Below are positions 29,844-40,202 of a DNA stretch of 64,000 bases, one piece after another (the stretch's first letter is position 1; every line of letters starts with the position of its first letter). The notes beneath the pieces were generated by a model that saw only the letters and a program-made list of their open reading frames with translations, made no database searches and was not told where the DNA came from. The stretch comes from an uncultured delta proteobacterium. Its GTDB lineage: Bacteria; Desulfobacterota; Binatia; UBA9968. The stretch covers positions 512,001 through 576,000 of the forward strand of contig CAWFJP010000003.1 in NCBI GenBank assembly GCA_963816145.1, read 5' to 3'. Made by a program: the position numbers and the translations under genes.

Positions 29844-29993
29844 TTTTTCTGCGCCAGTCCGCCGCGGGATTTCCCTTGACAGGCGCTGCCGCTGTCCGCT
29901 ATTACCCGATTCCAATCGAGGTTGAATGTCGGTAGCAACGAGGCGTCTAAACCATAAAAAACGGCGGCACGGCGCCCAAAACAGGAGGAATAG

Positions 29994-30473
29994 ATGAAGA
30001 AACTTTCCCTCGCGGTAGCGTTATGGTTCGCGGCGGTAGGACTGGCCGTGAATGCAACGGCGGCCGACAAGGCGCCGGCAGCGAGCAAGAGTGCGGCGGA
30101 CACCAAGGCCGCGACCAAGGAGGCTCCGGATAGCAAAGCCAAAGCTGGCGGCCTCATGGTCAACATCAACAAAGCCAGCAAAGAGGAACTCAAAAACCTC
30201 AAGGGCATCGGCGACACCCGCGCCCAAGACATCATCGATTACCGCAAGAAGAACGGCGACTTCAAAAGCGTCGATGAACTCGAAAAGGTCAAAGGCATCG
30301 GCCCCGGCACCATGAAGCAGATTCGCGCCAATGTCACCGTCAGCGGCAATTCCATGATTCCGACCAAGTCGGAGCCGGCCAAGGATGCCAAAGCCCCAAT
30401 GAAAGACGAAAAGTCCAAGGCCGCCGATGCCAAAGCGCCGGCCAAGGACGAAAAGAAAGTCGAAAAGAAGTAA
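29994..30473 (+). CDS. comEA: ComEA-family helix-hairpin-helix DNA-binding protein
   Basis: Signal peptide; VNINKAS.EEL..LKGIG..RA..II.YR..NG.FKSVDEL..VKGIG. Confidence 0.88.
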   Translation: MKKLSLAVALWFAAVGLAVNATAADKAPAASKSAADTKAATKEAPDSKAKAGGLMVNINKASKEELKNLKGIGDTRAQDIIDYRKKNGDFKSVDELEKVKGIGPGTMKQIRANVTVSGNSMIPTKSEPAKDAKAPMKDEKSKAADAKAPAKDEKKVEKK

Positions 30474-30492
30474 GACCACTCACCGGCTGACG

Positions 30493-30533
30493 ACAACCCC
30501 GCTCGCGGCAACGCGGCGGGGTTGTTTTCTTTT
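30493..30533 (+). terminator. intrinsic terminator
   Basis: acaaccccgc...gcggggttgt hairpin followed by a T-rich tract. Confidence 0.8.
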
Positions 30534-30590
30534 GTGACGGTGCAACACTTTACCCTGCAGTCAACGCGGCAGTTTCGAGGGAGCCAAAAA

Positions 30591-31451
30591 ATGCGCTTGG
30601 ATGATGAACAGGAAAGCCAGAATATCGAAGACCGCCGAGGTTCACGCGTCACCAAAACCCTCGCCGGCGGCGGCCTAGGCACTCTCGCGATCGTGCTGAT
30701 CGCGATGTTTTTTGGCATCGATCCGAGCGCGATCCTCCAGAGCGGCGGCGACTCCCAAACCAGCGTGCAGCAGCAAGCACCGCAAAATCAACAGGCGGGG
30801 ATGCGCGACGAGGGCCGCGAGTTCGTCTCGCGGGTCTTGGGCAGCAATGAGCGCGTGTGGGGCGAGATCTTCCAAAAAGCCGGGCGCCAGTATGCCGAGC
30901 CCAGACTGGTGCTTTTTACCGACAAAGTGCAATCGGCATGCGGCTTTGCAGCCGCGGCATCGGGACCGTTTTACTGCGGCAACGATCAAAAAGTTTATAT
31001 CGACCTCGCCTTCTACCGCGAGCTGCGCGAGCGCTTCAAAGCTCCCGGCGATTTCGCCCAGGCTTACGTGATCGCCCATGAAGTCGGCCACCATGTGCAA
31101 AACCTGCTCGGCATCATGGGCAAAGTACAAGCCCGCCAACAGCGCGCCAGCGAACGGGATGCCAACAACCTCTCGGTTCGATTGGAGTTGCAAGCCGACT
31201 GCCTCGCCGGCATCTGGGCGAGCCTGGCCAACCGCGACCGCAAAATCCTCGAACATGGCGACATCGAAGAGGGTTTGAACGCCGCCGCCATGATCGGCGA
31301 CGACACGCTGCAGAGACGCGCCCAAGGTTACGTCGTCCCGGAAGGCTTCACCCACGGCAGTTCCGAACAACGGGTGCGCTGGTTCCGCAAAGGATTAGAA
31401 ACCGGCGATTTGAAGCAGTGCGACACGTTTGCTGCACGGGGCGTGCTGTAA
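30591..31451 (+). CDS. ypfJ: YpfJ-family neutral zinc metallopeptidase
   Basis: S.NIEDRRG, GPFYC..D.KVYID, AHEVGHHVQ (HExxH), ELQADC.AG and FTHGSSEQR. Confidence 0.93.
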   Translation: MRLDDEQESQNIEDRRGSRVTKTLAGGGLGTLAIVLIAMFFGIDPSAILQSGGDSQTSVQQQAPQNQQAGMRDEGREFVSRVLGSNERVWGEIFQKAGRQYAEPRLVLFTDKVQSACGFAAAASGPFYCGNDQKVYIDLAFYRELRERFKAPGDFAQAYVIAHEVGHHVQNLLGIMGKVQARQQRASERDANNLSVRLELQADCLAGIWASLANRDRKILEHGDIEEGLNAAAMIGDDTLQRRAQGYVVPEGFTHGSSEQRVRWFRKGLETGDLKQCDTFAARGVL

Positions 31452-31611
31452 GAATGAAACTGTGAGATCTGGGATCGATGAGCGAACCGGGATTTCACTG
31501 ATCCTCGCGATACCCCTGCCGTTTCGACGCGGTAGTTTAAGGCGCAAAGCTCCCGCTTGATGACTCTCTTGTGCTAAAATTGCAGCCGGCATGCTAAGCA
31601 CGGAGGGCGAT

Positions 31612-32736
31612 ATGAGCTGGACTTGGGTTGTCTGCATCGATGGGACTTGGAATCAACCGGGCCAAACCGACAAAGATCCTGTAACCCAAACCGAAGTCCG
31701 CACACCGTCCAACGTCTCCAAGATCTGGCAAGCGCTGGCCAATCAACCGCTATCGGGCGAATTTCACTATGGCGTGATTGCGCCGATCCAGCCCAAGATC
31801 GTCCATACCGGGGTCCAAGGCGAAGTCATTTATCTGTCCGGCATCGGCACCACGGGCACTGTGAAACATAAAGTTTTGGAAGGCGGCACCGGCACCGGTA
31901 CCTCAGAGCGCGTGCGCGACGCTTATCGATTCCTGGCTGAGCGTTACGAAGACGGTGATAAGATTTACGGTTTTGGCTTTAGCCGCGGCGCCTTTGCCGT
32001 CCGCAGCCTCGCCGGCTTCATCGATTTCGCTGGACTGCCGAAACAACCCAGAGCGCTGAAAGAAGAAGATCTGCTCGCGCTATACGCTGCGTACCAAGCC
32101 AAGCAGGCGGTGGATAAAGCGCGTTTCGGCAACCAGGACGCGACGATCAATTTTATCGGCGTCTGGGACACCGTCGGTGCCCTGGCCTTCGGTGAAAGCA
32201 TCGGCGACTTTCATCGGATCAGTCCCGATAACGTCACCCAGGTCGCCCATGCCCTGGCCCTCGACGAAGAACGCGAGCGATTCGAGCCATCCTTTTGGCA
32301 TTCATCCGCCGGCGCGACAACGAAATTCGATGAAGTGTGGTTCAGCGGCTGTCACACAAATGTTGGCGGCGGCTACGCCGACGCCAATCTTGCCAACATT
32401 GCCTATCTCTGGGTCTTAAGAATGGGCCGTGAAGCCGGACTGCCCCTCGACTTGCGAGGCCTGCCTGAGTTCGACGCCAAGAGCGTCTTCGGCATGCAGC
32501 GCGACTCCTACACGGAGTTCTACGGCCAAATGGGTCTCATCGGCAAAATCGCCATGGATCTAAAACTCAAACACGGACCGCGCACGGTCCAACCGAACCA
32601 CCGCATCCATCAAAGCGTCCTCGACCGCATGCAGGAAGGTGGCGGCGAGAAACAATATTCGGCGACTGCGCTATATCAAGGCAATAGAATCACTGTAGAT
32701 TCGAACCCAGGAGTCGAGCCCTGGGGCGGGTTTTAA
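31612..32736 (+). CDS. DUF2235 (Tle1-like) alpha/beta hydrolase
   Basis: CIDGTWN, GFSRGA, GVWDTVGA, HALALDE.R and EVWF.GCH.NVGGG motifs. Confidence 0.92.
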   Translation: MSWTWVVCIDGTWNQPGQTDKDPVTQTEVRTPSNVSKIWQALANQPLSGEFHYGVIAPIQPKIVHTGVQGEVIYLSGIGTTGTVKHKVLEGGTGTGTSERVRDAYRFLAERYEDGDKIYGFGFSRGAFAVRSLAGFIDFAGLPKQPRALKEEDLLALYAAYQAKQAVDKARFGNQDATINFIGVWDTVGALAFGESIGDFHRISPDNVTQVAHALALDEERERFEPSFWHSSAGATTKFDEVWFSGCHTNVGGGYADANLANIAYLWVLRMGREAGLPLDLRGLPEFDAKSVFGMQRDSYTEFYGQMGLIGKIAMDLKLKHGPRTVQPNHRIHQSVLDRMQEGGGEKQYSATALYQGNRITVDSNPGVEPWGGF

Positions 32737-33098
32737 CCGCTACACAATGTGAAAAATCGCAATTACCGCAACTACTTTTTTAGGACAGCTTCATTCCACA
32801 GCACTCAAAGCGCATGATGCGATTTGCGGAACTACACATCATTCGGAGGACCCCGGACGAAATACTCCTCGTACACGAATCGCTTGCCAGCCATTGACCT
32901 GTCCTTCGCTCGCGTTGTCTGCGGCCGCGTTCCAATCTACCTGGAAATAAACGAGAGGACTTTATCCCGGGCGATGCAAAGTTTGGATGTATCTAACAAC
33001 GAGTCCCATTATCGACATACGGAAGGCAGACTCTCGGCAATTTTCGACTCCAATACATCGCTTGTGATCGACGAAACAGATCGCTTATATTGGCCGGC

Positions 33099-34112
33099 AT
33101 GAAGAAAGCTATGGCAGCAATTCGTCAAACTTCCTGGCGCATTCGCAATGCCGTTGTGCTCGGAATCGTCGTTGTTCAACTATTATTGACTCCCTCGGGA
33201 GCTTCGAGCCAATCGGCCGCTCTCGATAAAGTGATCATCGCCGTGCCCTCGCCGGCGCTGAGCATGTTGCCGGTCTACTTCGCCCAGGACCGCGGCTTGT
33301 TCAAGCGCGAAGGCATCGAGCCGGTGTTGGTCATGATGGCCGGGCGGCTGCAGGCGATCGCACTGGGCGCCGGTGAAGTCGACTACGCGGCATCGGTGGA
33401 GACCATCCTGCGCAGCGCCGTGCAAGGCATGCCGTTCAAAATCATCGTCTACACCAATGCCAAGATGTCGGTGGTGCTGGTAACCGCGCCGGAGATCAGG
33501 GCGGTGGCGGATTTGCGCGGCAAGTCCATCGGCGTCACCTCGCTTGGCGGCGGACTAGAATATGGCCTGCGCGAAATTCTAATTCAAAAAGGCAATCTCA
33601 ATCCCGACCGCGATGTCAGAACGGTTTCATTGGGCATGCCCGAACAGATGCTCGGACTGTCCTCAGGGGCGCTCCAAGGCGCGATGCTCGTGCCGCCCTA
33701 CGACGGCATCATGGCGCGCAAGGGTTTTCACAAACTGGTCTCGGCGGTGGACCTGCTCGAATATCCCCAGGGCGGCTTGGCGACCACCGACAAGAAGATA
33801 AAGGAAAAACCGGCGCAAGCTAAGCGAGTCGCCCGGGCGATGATCCAGGCATTGACTGCGATCCGCGAAGAGCGGGAGAAAACCATCGGCTATATCGCCA
33901 GCCGCTGGAAAATCGATCGCGGCCTCGCGACCGAGAGCTACGATGTCATGGTGAAGTCGTTCAGCCGCGACGGCAACGCCAGCGCCAAGTCGGTGCAAAA
34001 CATCATCGACTCGACGAAAGCGCGCCTGCAGATCGACAAAGCGGTTACCGTCGCCGATGTCATCGCCCTGCCACTTCTCGGTGAAGTACAAAAGGAGCTC
34101 GGGATCAAATAG
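33099..34112 (+). CDS. ABC substrate-binding protein, NMT1/TauA/SsuA family
   Basis: Signal peptide; A..RGLFKREGI and DLRGKSIGV motifs. Confidence 0.88.
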   Translation: MKKAMAAIRQTSWRIRNAVVLGIVVVQLLLTPSGASSQSAALDKVIIAVPSPALSMLPVYFAQDRGLFKREGIEPVLVMMAGRLQAIALGAGEVDYAASVETILRSAVQGMPFKIIVYTNAKMSVVLVTAPEIRAVADLRGKSIGVTSLGGGLEYGLREILIQKGNLNPDRDVRTVSLGMPEQMLGLSSGALQGAMLVPPYDGIMARKGFHKLVSAVDLLEYPQGGLATTDKKIKEKPAQAKRVARAMIQALTAIREEREKTIGYIASRWKIDRGLATESYDVMVKSFSRDGNASAKSVQNIIDSTKARLQIDKAVTVADVIALPLLGEVQKELGIK

Positions 34113-35016
34113 CCCGCGGCAATCCGAAGGGCTGAGGCGGCGGCAATCCGGTCGCTTCGCACCAAACGCTGGCATCGTAAAAACGTTCCACCGGTTCATG
34201 TGGCGCATCGTAAAAGCCCATTTCGATGCGCAACTGAATCACGCGGTTCAAGTCCTCAGGGACAATCGCCGCCTTCGGCGTCACCTGAGCTAATTTCGTG
34301 TCCGCCTGTGCCCGTGAGATCTTCGAATAACCCTGCGTGAGGCGTAAAGCTTCTTCGCGGTTCTTCGGATCGAGCGCCCAGTCCGCCCCAGCAACGAACG
34401 CGCGGACAAACCGCACCATCTGGTCGCGATGGGCTGCCACCCAGGCGGACCTGGCCCAACAAGCAGTGGTAGCGTAGTTGGGAATATAGTCGGCTCCGGA
34501 CGCCAGCAGATTGTAGCCCTCGCTCAAGGCTTGCGCATCGTAGGGTGGCGCCAACATGCACGCTGCGACTTCGCCTTGGCGCAGCGCTTCAAAGCGATAA
34601 GGCGAGGTGCCGATGATCTTCACAGCGTATTCAGAATCTGTCACACCATGGGCGCGCAATATCTTGCGCCGATGCAAATCGTAATTGGAATCGCCTGGAT
34701 CGCCGGCCAAGGTTTTACCGCGCAATTCTGCCGGCGACTTAATCCCTCTGGCGCCGATCAGTTTCACTTCGAGTCCGCGCTCAGCCATCAGATACAAGAG
34801 AAATCCATGACCATCCCGGGTCACCCGTGCGACCATCGTGTCAGGGCTCGTCAAACTGATGTCCCATCGCCCCTCAAGCATCCCCTTGTTGTGCTCCGGC
34901 GCCAATGTCGCGATCGTAAAATCAATCGCTAGGCCCTCGCGAGTGAAGAGTCCCTTTTCCTGAGCGACAATAAAAGGCGGCAGCGGGTAGTAACCGATGA
35001 CTTGGAGTGTGTCCAT
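34105..35016 (-). CDS. NMT1/SsuA-fold protein without a signal peptide
   Basis: VAQEKGLF.REGL and ELRGKTLA.D motifs; begins directly with the first beta strand. Confidence 0.8.
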   Translation of the reverse strand: MDTLQVIGYYPLPPFIVAQEKGLFTREGLAIDFTIATLAPEHNKGMLEGRWDISLTSPDTMVARVTRDGHGFLLYLMAERGLEVKLIGARGIKSPAELRGKTLAGDPGDSNYDLHRRKILRAHGVTDSEYAVKIIGTSPYRFEALRQGEVAACMLAPPYDAQALSEGYNLLASGADYIPNYATTACWARSAWVAAHRDQMVRFVRAFVAGADWALDPKNREEALRLTQGYSKISRAQADTKLAQVTPKAAIVPEDLNRVIQLRIEMGFYDAPHEPVERFYDASVWCEATGLPPPQPFGLPRAI

Positions 35017-35031
35017 GACAAATCCTCGAAG

Positions 35032-37921
35032 CTAGTTTTTGATGCTGTCCCAAAGCAGTTCGGCCGGATGCTTCGCTTGGCGCCCCGCCAAATGCTCGAT
35101 CTGCTGCCGGCACGAAATCCCCGGTGCGACCACTTCGACTTCGGCGCCTGCACTCTGTACTGCGGGCGCTAGGCGGCGATTGCCGATCTTGATCGACAGG
35201 TCGTAATGCTCCTTTTCGAAACCGAACGATCCGGCCATGCCGCAGCAGCCGGAATCGACTTCGCTGACCTCGTAGCCGGCGGCTTTAAGCATCGCAATAG
35301 TCGGCGCGGCGCCGACAAGGGCTTTTTGATGGCAGTGGCCGTGCAGCAAAACTTTCCGGCCTTGGCCGTTGGCGTCGAGCTTTAAACGGCCGGCGCCGAT
35401 CTCACGCATGACGAATTCTTCGAACAGAGAAACTGTTTTTCGCGACGTTCTTTGTGGCTTCGGTTCGGACGAACTCGGGATACTCATCGCGCAGCGTGAG
35501 CAAGCAGGATGGTTCAAGACCGACGACCGGCGTGTCTTTCGCCGCATAGGGCGCGAGCCGCTCGATGTTCCACGCGGCATGCTCCTTGGCTTGGCTCAAC
35601 ATGCCCTTGGAGATCATCGGCCGGCCGCAGCATTTTTTCTCGACGAGCGCTATACGGTAGCCGGATTTTTCCAGAAAGCGCACGGCGGCGATGGCGACGT
35701 TGGGCGTGTTGTAGTTGTTGAACGTGTCGTGAAACAGCACCACCTCGCCGTTGGCCGCTTGGCCGTTCTGCGGGTGTTTACGAAACCAATCCTCGAAAGT
35801 TTCACTGGCGAAGGAGGGCAGCGGCCTTCGTCTATCGATGCCGGCAAAGAGCTCCATGAGCCAGCGGTTGAGCGTCGAACCGGCGAGCCAATTGGACACC
35901 GGCGCGAGAGCCGAGCCGATGCGATTGAGGTCGGCGATGGCGCCGAAGATACGATTGCGCAGCGGCAAGCCGTTGGCGCGGTGGTAATGATCGAGGAACT
36001 CATACTTGAGTTTCGCCATGTCGACATTGGACGGGCACTCCGCCTTACACGCTTTGCACTCTAGGCAAAGATCCATGACGTCGTGCAAACGTTTGCCGGT
36101 AAACTCAGATTTGGGCACCAGGCCGGCGATCACGTTGCGCAAGGCGTTGGCCCGGCCGCGCGTCGAATGCTCTTCATCGAGGGTGCCCATGTAGGACGGG
36201 CACATGGTGCCGTCGAGCTTCTTGCGGCATTCGCCCATGCCGCTGCACATCTCGACGGCGCGCGCGAAGCCGCCCTGCGCGCTGAAATCCAAGGTCGTCT
36301 GCGGCTCCCAGGTTGTGTATTGCGGACTGATTTTTAATGACTCCGTCATCGCCGGCGCGTCGACGATCTTGCCGGGATTCATGATGTTCTTGGGATCGAA
36401 GGCCCGCTTGATCTGGCGGAAGCCGTCGTAGAGCGCCGGGCCGTAGAGTTTCTGGTTGAAGTGGCTGCGCGCCAGGCCGTCGCCATGTTCGCCCGACATG
36501 GCGCCGTTGAACTCGATCACGAGATCGGAGATCGCGTTGGCTATGGAGACCATTTTTTTCTTTTCGCTCTCTGCTTTGAGATTGATCAGCGGCCGGATAT
36601 GCATGCAGCCGACGGAGCAATGGCCGTAGTAGCCCGCCACCGTGTCATGATCGGTGACGATCTGGCGAAAGCGTTTGATAAATTCCGGCAGCTTTTCCGG
36701 CGACACAGCCGTGTCTTCGACAAAGGCGATCGGTTTCTTGTCGCCCTTCATGCCGAGCAAGAGACCGAGCCCCGCCTTGCGCACGCCCCAGATCGATTTA
36801 ACTTCTTCCGCTTTGAACGCCAGCGTCGCCGCGTAGCCGATCCTCTCGCGCTTGCGCAATTCTTCCAGTTTGTAGATCTGATCTTTGACTTCGTCTTCGG
36901 TTTCGCCGGCGTACTCGACCATCAAGAGCGAATCGGGCGTGCCTTGGACAAAGCCGAGCTTGCGCGACTGCTCGATGTTGCCGCGGGCGAGATTGAGGAT
37001 CATCTTGTCCGTGGACTCCATCGCGTAAGGCGCGGTTTGCAGCACAGTCTGTGCGCACTGTAACGCGTCGATATCGTCGTTGAAATGGATCACATCCATG
37101 GCGGTCCACTTGGGCTTGGGCACCAGACGCATCTTGGCTTCGACGATGGTCGCCAGTGTGCCCTCGGAGCCGACAATCATGCGCGCTAAATTGAACGGCT
37201 GCGGCTTGACGAATTCGTCGAGATTGTAACCCGAAACCCGCCGCATGATTTTCGGGTAGCGCGCTAGAATCTCCGGCTTATGCTGCTGCGCCAAACGAAA
37301 CACTTCGCGGTACGCGCGCCCTTCTATCGTATCAGCCTTGCTTTTCTGTTTGACTTCCGCCGGCGATAAATCCTTCAGCACCACTTCCCTGCCGTCGGCC
37401 ATGAGCACGGTCAGCTCGATGACATGGTCGAGTGTCTTGCCATAGGTGAGCGAATGGGCGCCCGAGGAGTTATTGCCGATCATGCCGCCGATGGTGGCGC
37501 GGTTGGAGGTCGAAGTATCGGGGCCGAACTGCAAGCCCATAGCGCGCACGTAAGCGTTGAGTTCATCCTGCACCAGGCCCGGCTGCACCCGGCACCACAG
37601 TTCCTCCTGGTTAACTTCCAAAACGTTCTGCATGTACTTGGAAAAATCCAAGACGATCGAGTGGCCAACTGCTTGGCCCGCAAGAGAAGTACCGCCGCCG
37701 CGGGAAAGCACCGACACACCGAGTCGATTGGCGACATCGAGCACCGCTTGCACGTCCGCCTTATGGCGCGGCACGACCACGCCGACGGGCTCGATCTGAT
37801 AAATCGACGCATCGGTCGAATAGAGCAAGCGCGAATATTTGTCGAAATGAATATCGCCCTCGACACGGTTCTTTAACTCCGCTTCGATCTCAAAATAATC
37901 CCTACCCACGTTCGTCGCCAT
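35032..37921 (-). CDS. FAD-binding and (Fe-S)-binding oxidoreductase (GlcD/GlcF fusion, D-lactate dehydrogenase-like), one frameshift at ~35428
   Basis: RGGGTSLAGQ, GSEGTL, SGEHGDG, MNPGKI, CLECKACKAECP, CCGRP; HGHCHQKA and GCCGMAGSFG continue in the second frame. Confidence 0.92.
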
Positions 37922-37934
37922 TTGCTTTCTCCGA

Positions 37935-37975
37935 AACGATTTGAACTATTTGAACGGCTTGAACGATTTGAACGG
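37935..37975. repeat. 9-bp-period tandem TTGAAC repeat (four units)
   Basis: ttgaactat ttgaacggc ttgaacgat ttgaacgg. Confidence 0.7.
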
Positions 37976-37976
37976 G

Positions 37977-38855
37977 TTATGCAAGCCGCAACACCATCAC
38001 CCCAAGCACCACCAGCAGCGCAGCCAAACCATCGCGCCAACTGACCGCTTCGACGCCTTTGAGCGTGGTCTTCACCAGGAAAAAACTGACGATCGGCTGA
38101 GCGCTCCAGACCGGCGCCGCCACCGAGGCCGGCGCGTAGGTCAACGCCTTGAGGGTCATGATCGACCCGATGGCGTAGAGAAAACCCGCCGCGACGAAGC
38201 AGACGACACTGCTAGCGGCGATGCGCTCGGGTTTAAACTCGATTTTGAGCAGGCTACCCAAGGTCACGAGCAGTAGGAGGCCGGTGGCGTGCATGACCAA
38301 CGCGCCCAGCACCGGTGTCCCGCCATTGTCGGTGCCGAACTTCTTCAACACCGGCACGATGCCGTAGCAGACCGTCGCCATCGCTGAGGTCAGCGTCAGC
38401 ACTTTCTTGCGCTCGCGTCCTTCGTCTTGGCTGTCGGTTTCCGCGACGAAAAACACCCCGGAAATAATCAGCACCACGCCGGCCAAGACGACTAAAGTCA
38501 GCGGCTCGCCCAAGAACAGAGCCGCGAGCAGCACGGTGATCAACGGCGAAGAATTATTGAGCGACTGCGCCCGCGACGCGCCAATTTGATCGACGGTTTT
38601 GACGAACAAAGTGCGGCCGAGATAGGCCCCCACGACTCCGGTGCAAGCGAAAACCAAGATCGCCAGCGGCGGTATATTGGCGGCGAACAGTTCGCCTTCG
38701 ATAAGCGCCGCAGCGATCAAAGTGACGAGAATCGTCGCCTGCTGATAAAGCGTAGCCGCGCTCACGTCGGCATGGACCAAACCTCGCTTGACCAACACCG
38801 GGCTGGTGCCCCAGAAAATCCCGGCAACGATGGCGTAGAGGATCCCGGTTTCCAC
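37977..38855 (-). CDS. DMT/EamA-family transporter
   Basis: Two 5-TM repeats; P....L.A.LFLGE.L motif. Confidence 0.9.
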   Translation of the reverse strand: METGILYAIVAGIFWGTSPVLVKRGLVHADVSAATLYQQATILVTLIAAALIEGELFAANIPPLAILVFACTGVVGAYLGRTLFVKTVDQIGASRAQSLNNSSPLITVLLAALFLGEPLTLVVLAGVVLIISGVFFVAETDSQDEGRERKKVLTLTSAMATVCYGIVPVLKKFGTDNGGTPVLGALVMHATGLLLLVTLGSLLKIEFKPERIAASSVVCFVAAGFLYAIGSIMTLKALTYAPASVAAPVWSAQPIVSFFLVKTTLKGVEAVSWRDGLAALLVVLGVMVLRLA

Positions 38856-38864
38856 GATAGCGAA

Positions 38865-39551
38865 CTACGCCGGCAGCGACGCGCTGGCCGCTGCGAAAAC
38901 GCTGCGGAACATCGGCCGGGTCAGCTTGCCGGTAAAAGTATTCTGCTGGCTCGGGTGATAGGAGCAAATCAAGCGCAACCCGCCGGCGAGCTGGAAAGCG
39001 GCGCCATGGCCGAATCTCGGCCGTGGCTTGGGTAGCGCTCCACCCGTTTCTCGATAGGCCGCGAGAAACGAATCGAAGGCGATCTTGCCGAGGACGATGA
39101 CGACTTTAAGATTTCTGAACAACCACAACTCTTCAATCAAGTAGGCGCGGCAGCGGTTGAACTCGATCGGATTCGGCTTGTTCGCCGGCGGCGCGCAATG
39201 GACCGCCGCGGTGATATAACAGTCGGTGAGTTCAAGACCGTCGCCACGATGATCGGAGTTGGGCTGGTTGGCGAAGCCGGCCTCGTGCAGCGCGCCGTAA
39301 AGCCAGTCGCCGCTGCGGTCGCCGGTAAACATCCGACCGGTGCGATTGCCGCCATGAGCCGCCGGCGCCAAACCGACGATCAACACCCGCGCTTTGGCAT
39401 CGCCGAATCCGGCGAGCGGCTTGGCCCAATAAACCTGACCGATATATCGGCGCGGTGGTTTTTTCGCGCAAGCCTCGCGCCAACGCACCAGTCGCGGGCA
39501 TTTCCGGCAAGCAGCGATGCGCTGATTGAGTTCATCGACGCGCTGAATCAT
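38865..39551 (-). CDS. udgB: uracil-DNA glycosylase family 5
   Basis: C..CPRL Fe-S motif, GLAPAAHGGNRTGRMFTGD and YHPSQQNT. Confidence 0.93.
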   Translation of the reverse strand: MIQRVDELNQRIAACRKCPRLVRWREACAKKPPRRYIGQVYWAKPLAGFGDAKARVLIVGLAPAAHGGNRTGRMFTGDRSGDWLYGALHEAGFANQPNSDHRGDGLELTDCYITAAVHCAPPANKPNPIEFNRCRAYLIEELWLFRNLKVVIVLGKIAFDSFLAAYRETGGALPKPRPRFGHGAAFQLAGGLRLICSYHPSQQNTFTGKLTRPMFRSVFAAASASLPA

Positions 39552-39677
39552 AGACTCCTGCTAACACAAAGGGGGCGGGAGTTACAGCAGATTTGCCGCT
39601 ATCACAGGTATTTCGGTTGCGTGCAATGGGAAAATTTTTCTGCTATAAAAATTTGATAAATCAATCTCTCGAAGGGA

Positions 39678-39992
39678 ATGCTCATGATCGAAAGGCAGCA
39701 GCCTTATGTCCGGCAGCTTCATGTCTGCATCAACAATCGCAACGGCGAAAGCAAATCCTGCGGCTATGACGGCTCGGAAGAAGTGGTGGAAGAACTAAGA
39801 AAGGTCACGAAGGAAAGAAACCTAAAAGGCAAAGTCCGCGTCGTCAGAAGCGGATGCTTGGATGTCTGCGCCTTCGGCCCCAACATGATGATCTGGCCGG
39901 AAGGTCTATGGTTCATGAAAGTGACCAAAGAAGATGTGCCACAGATCGTCGACAAATACTTGAGTCTCGCAGCCGCCGATCAGGCGAAATAA
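39678..39992 (+). CDS. thioredoxin-like [2Fe-2S] ferredoxin
   Basis: HVC.N.R....SC...SGCLDVC..GP....PEG.W motif. Confidence 0.9.
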   Translation: MLMIERQQPYVRQLHVCINNRNGESKSCGYDGSEEVVEELRKVTKERNLKGKVRVVRSGCLDVCAFGPNMMIWPEGLWFMKVTKEDVPQIVDKYLSLAAADQAK

Positions 39993-40202
39993 CCGCGACG
40001 CATCCGATATCCGCGCTCGCCCATTTCCTGTTGAAGCTTGAGATATACCTTAAGCGCGGCTTTGCCGAAGTGGTGAAGCCGCGCTCGTGCGTTAGCTAGG
40101 TTTGAAATCTTCGCCCAATTGTTGGATTACTTGACACTGAAGCAGTATCCATAATAGTGAGTCAGATTCGGACAAATTCAAAGCGCAAAAGGAACGATCA
40201 TC

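Noticed and set aside
31612-32736. Type VI secretion effector locus
   Set aside because: No vgrG, PAAR, hcp or immunity lipoprotein is adjacent; DUF2235 also occurs stand-alone
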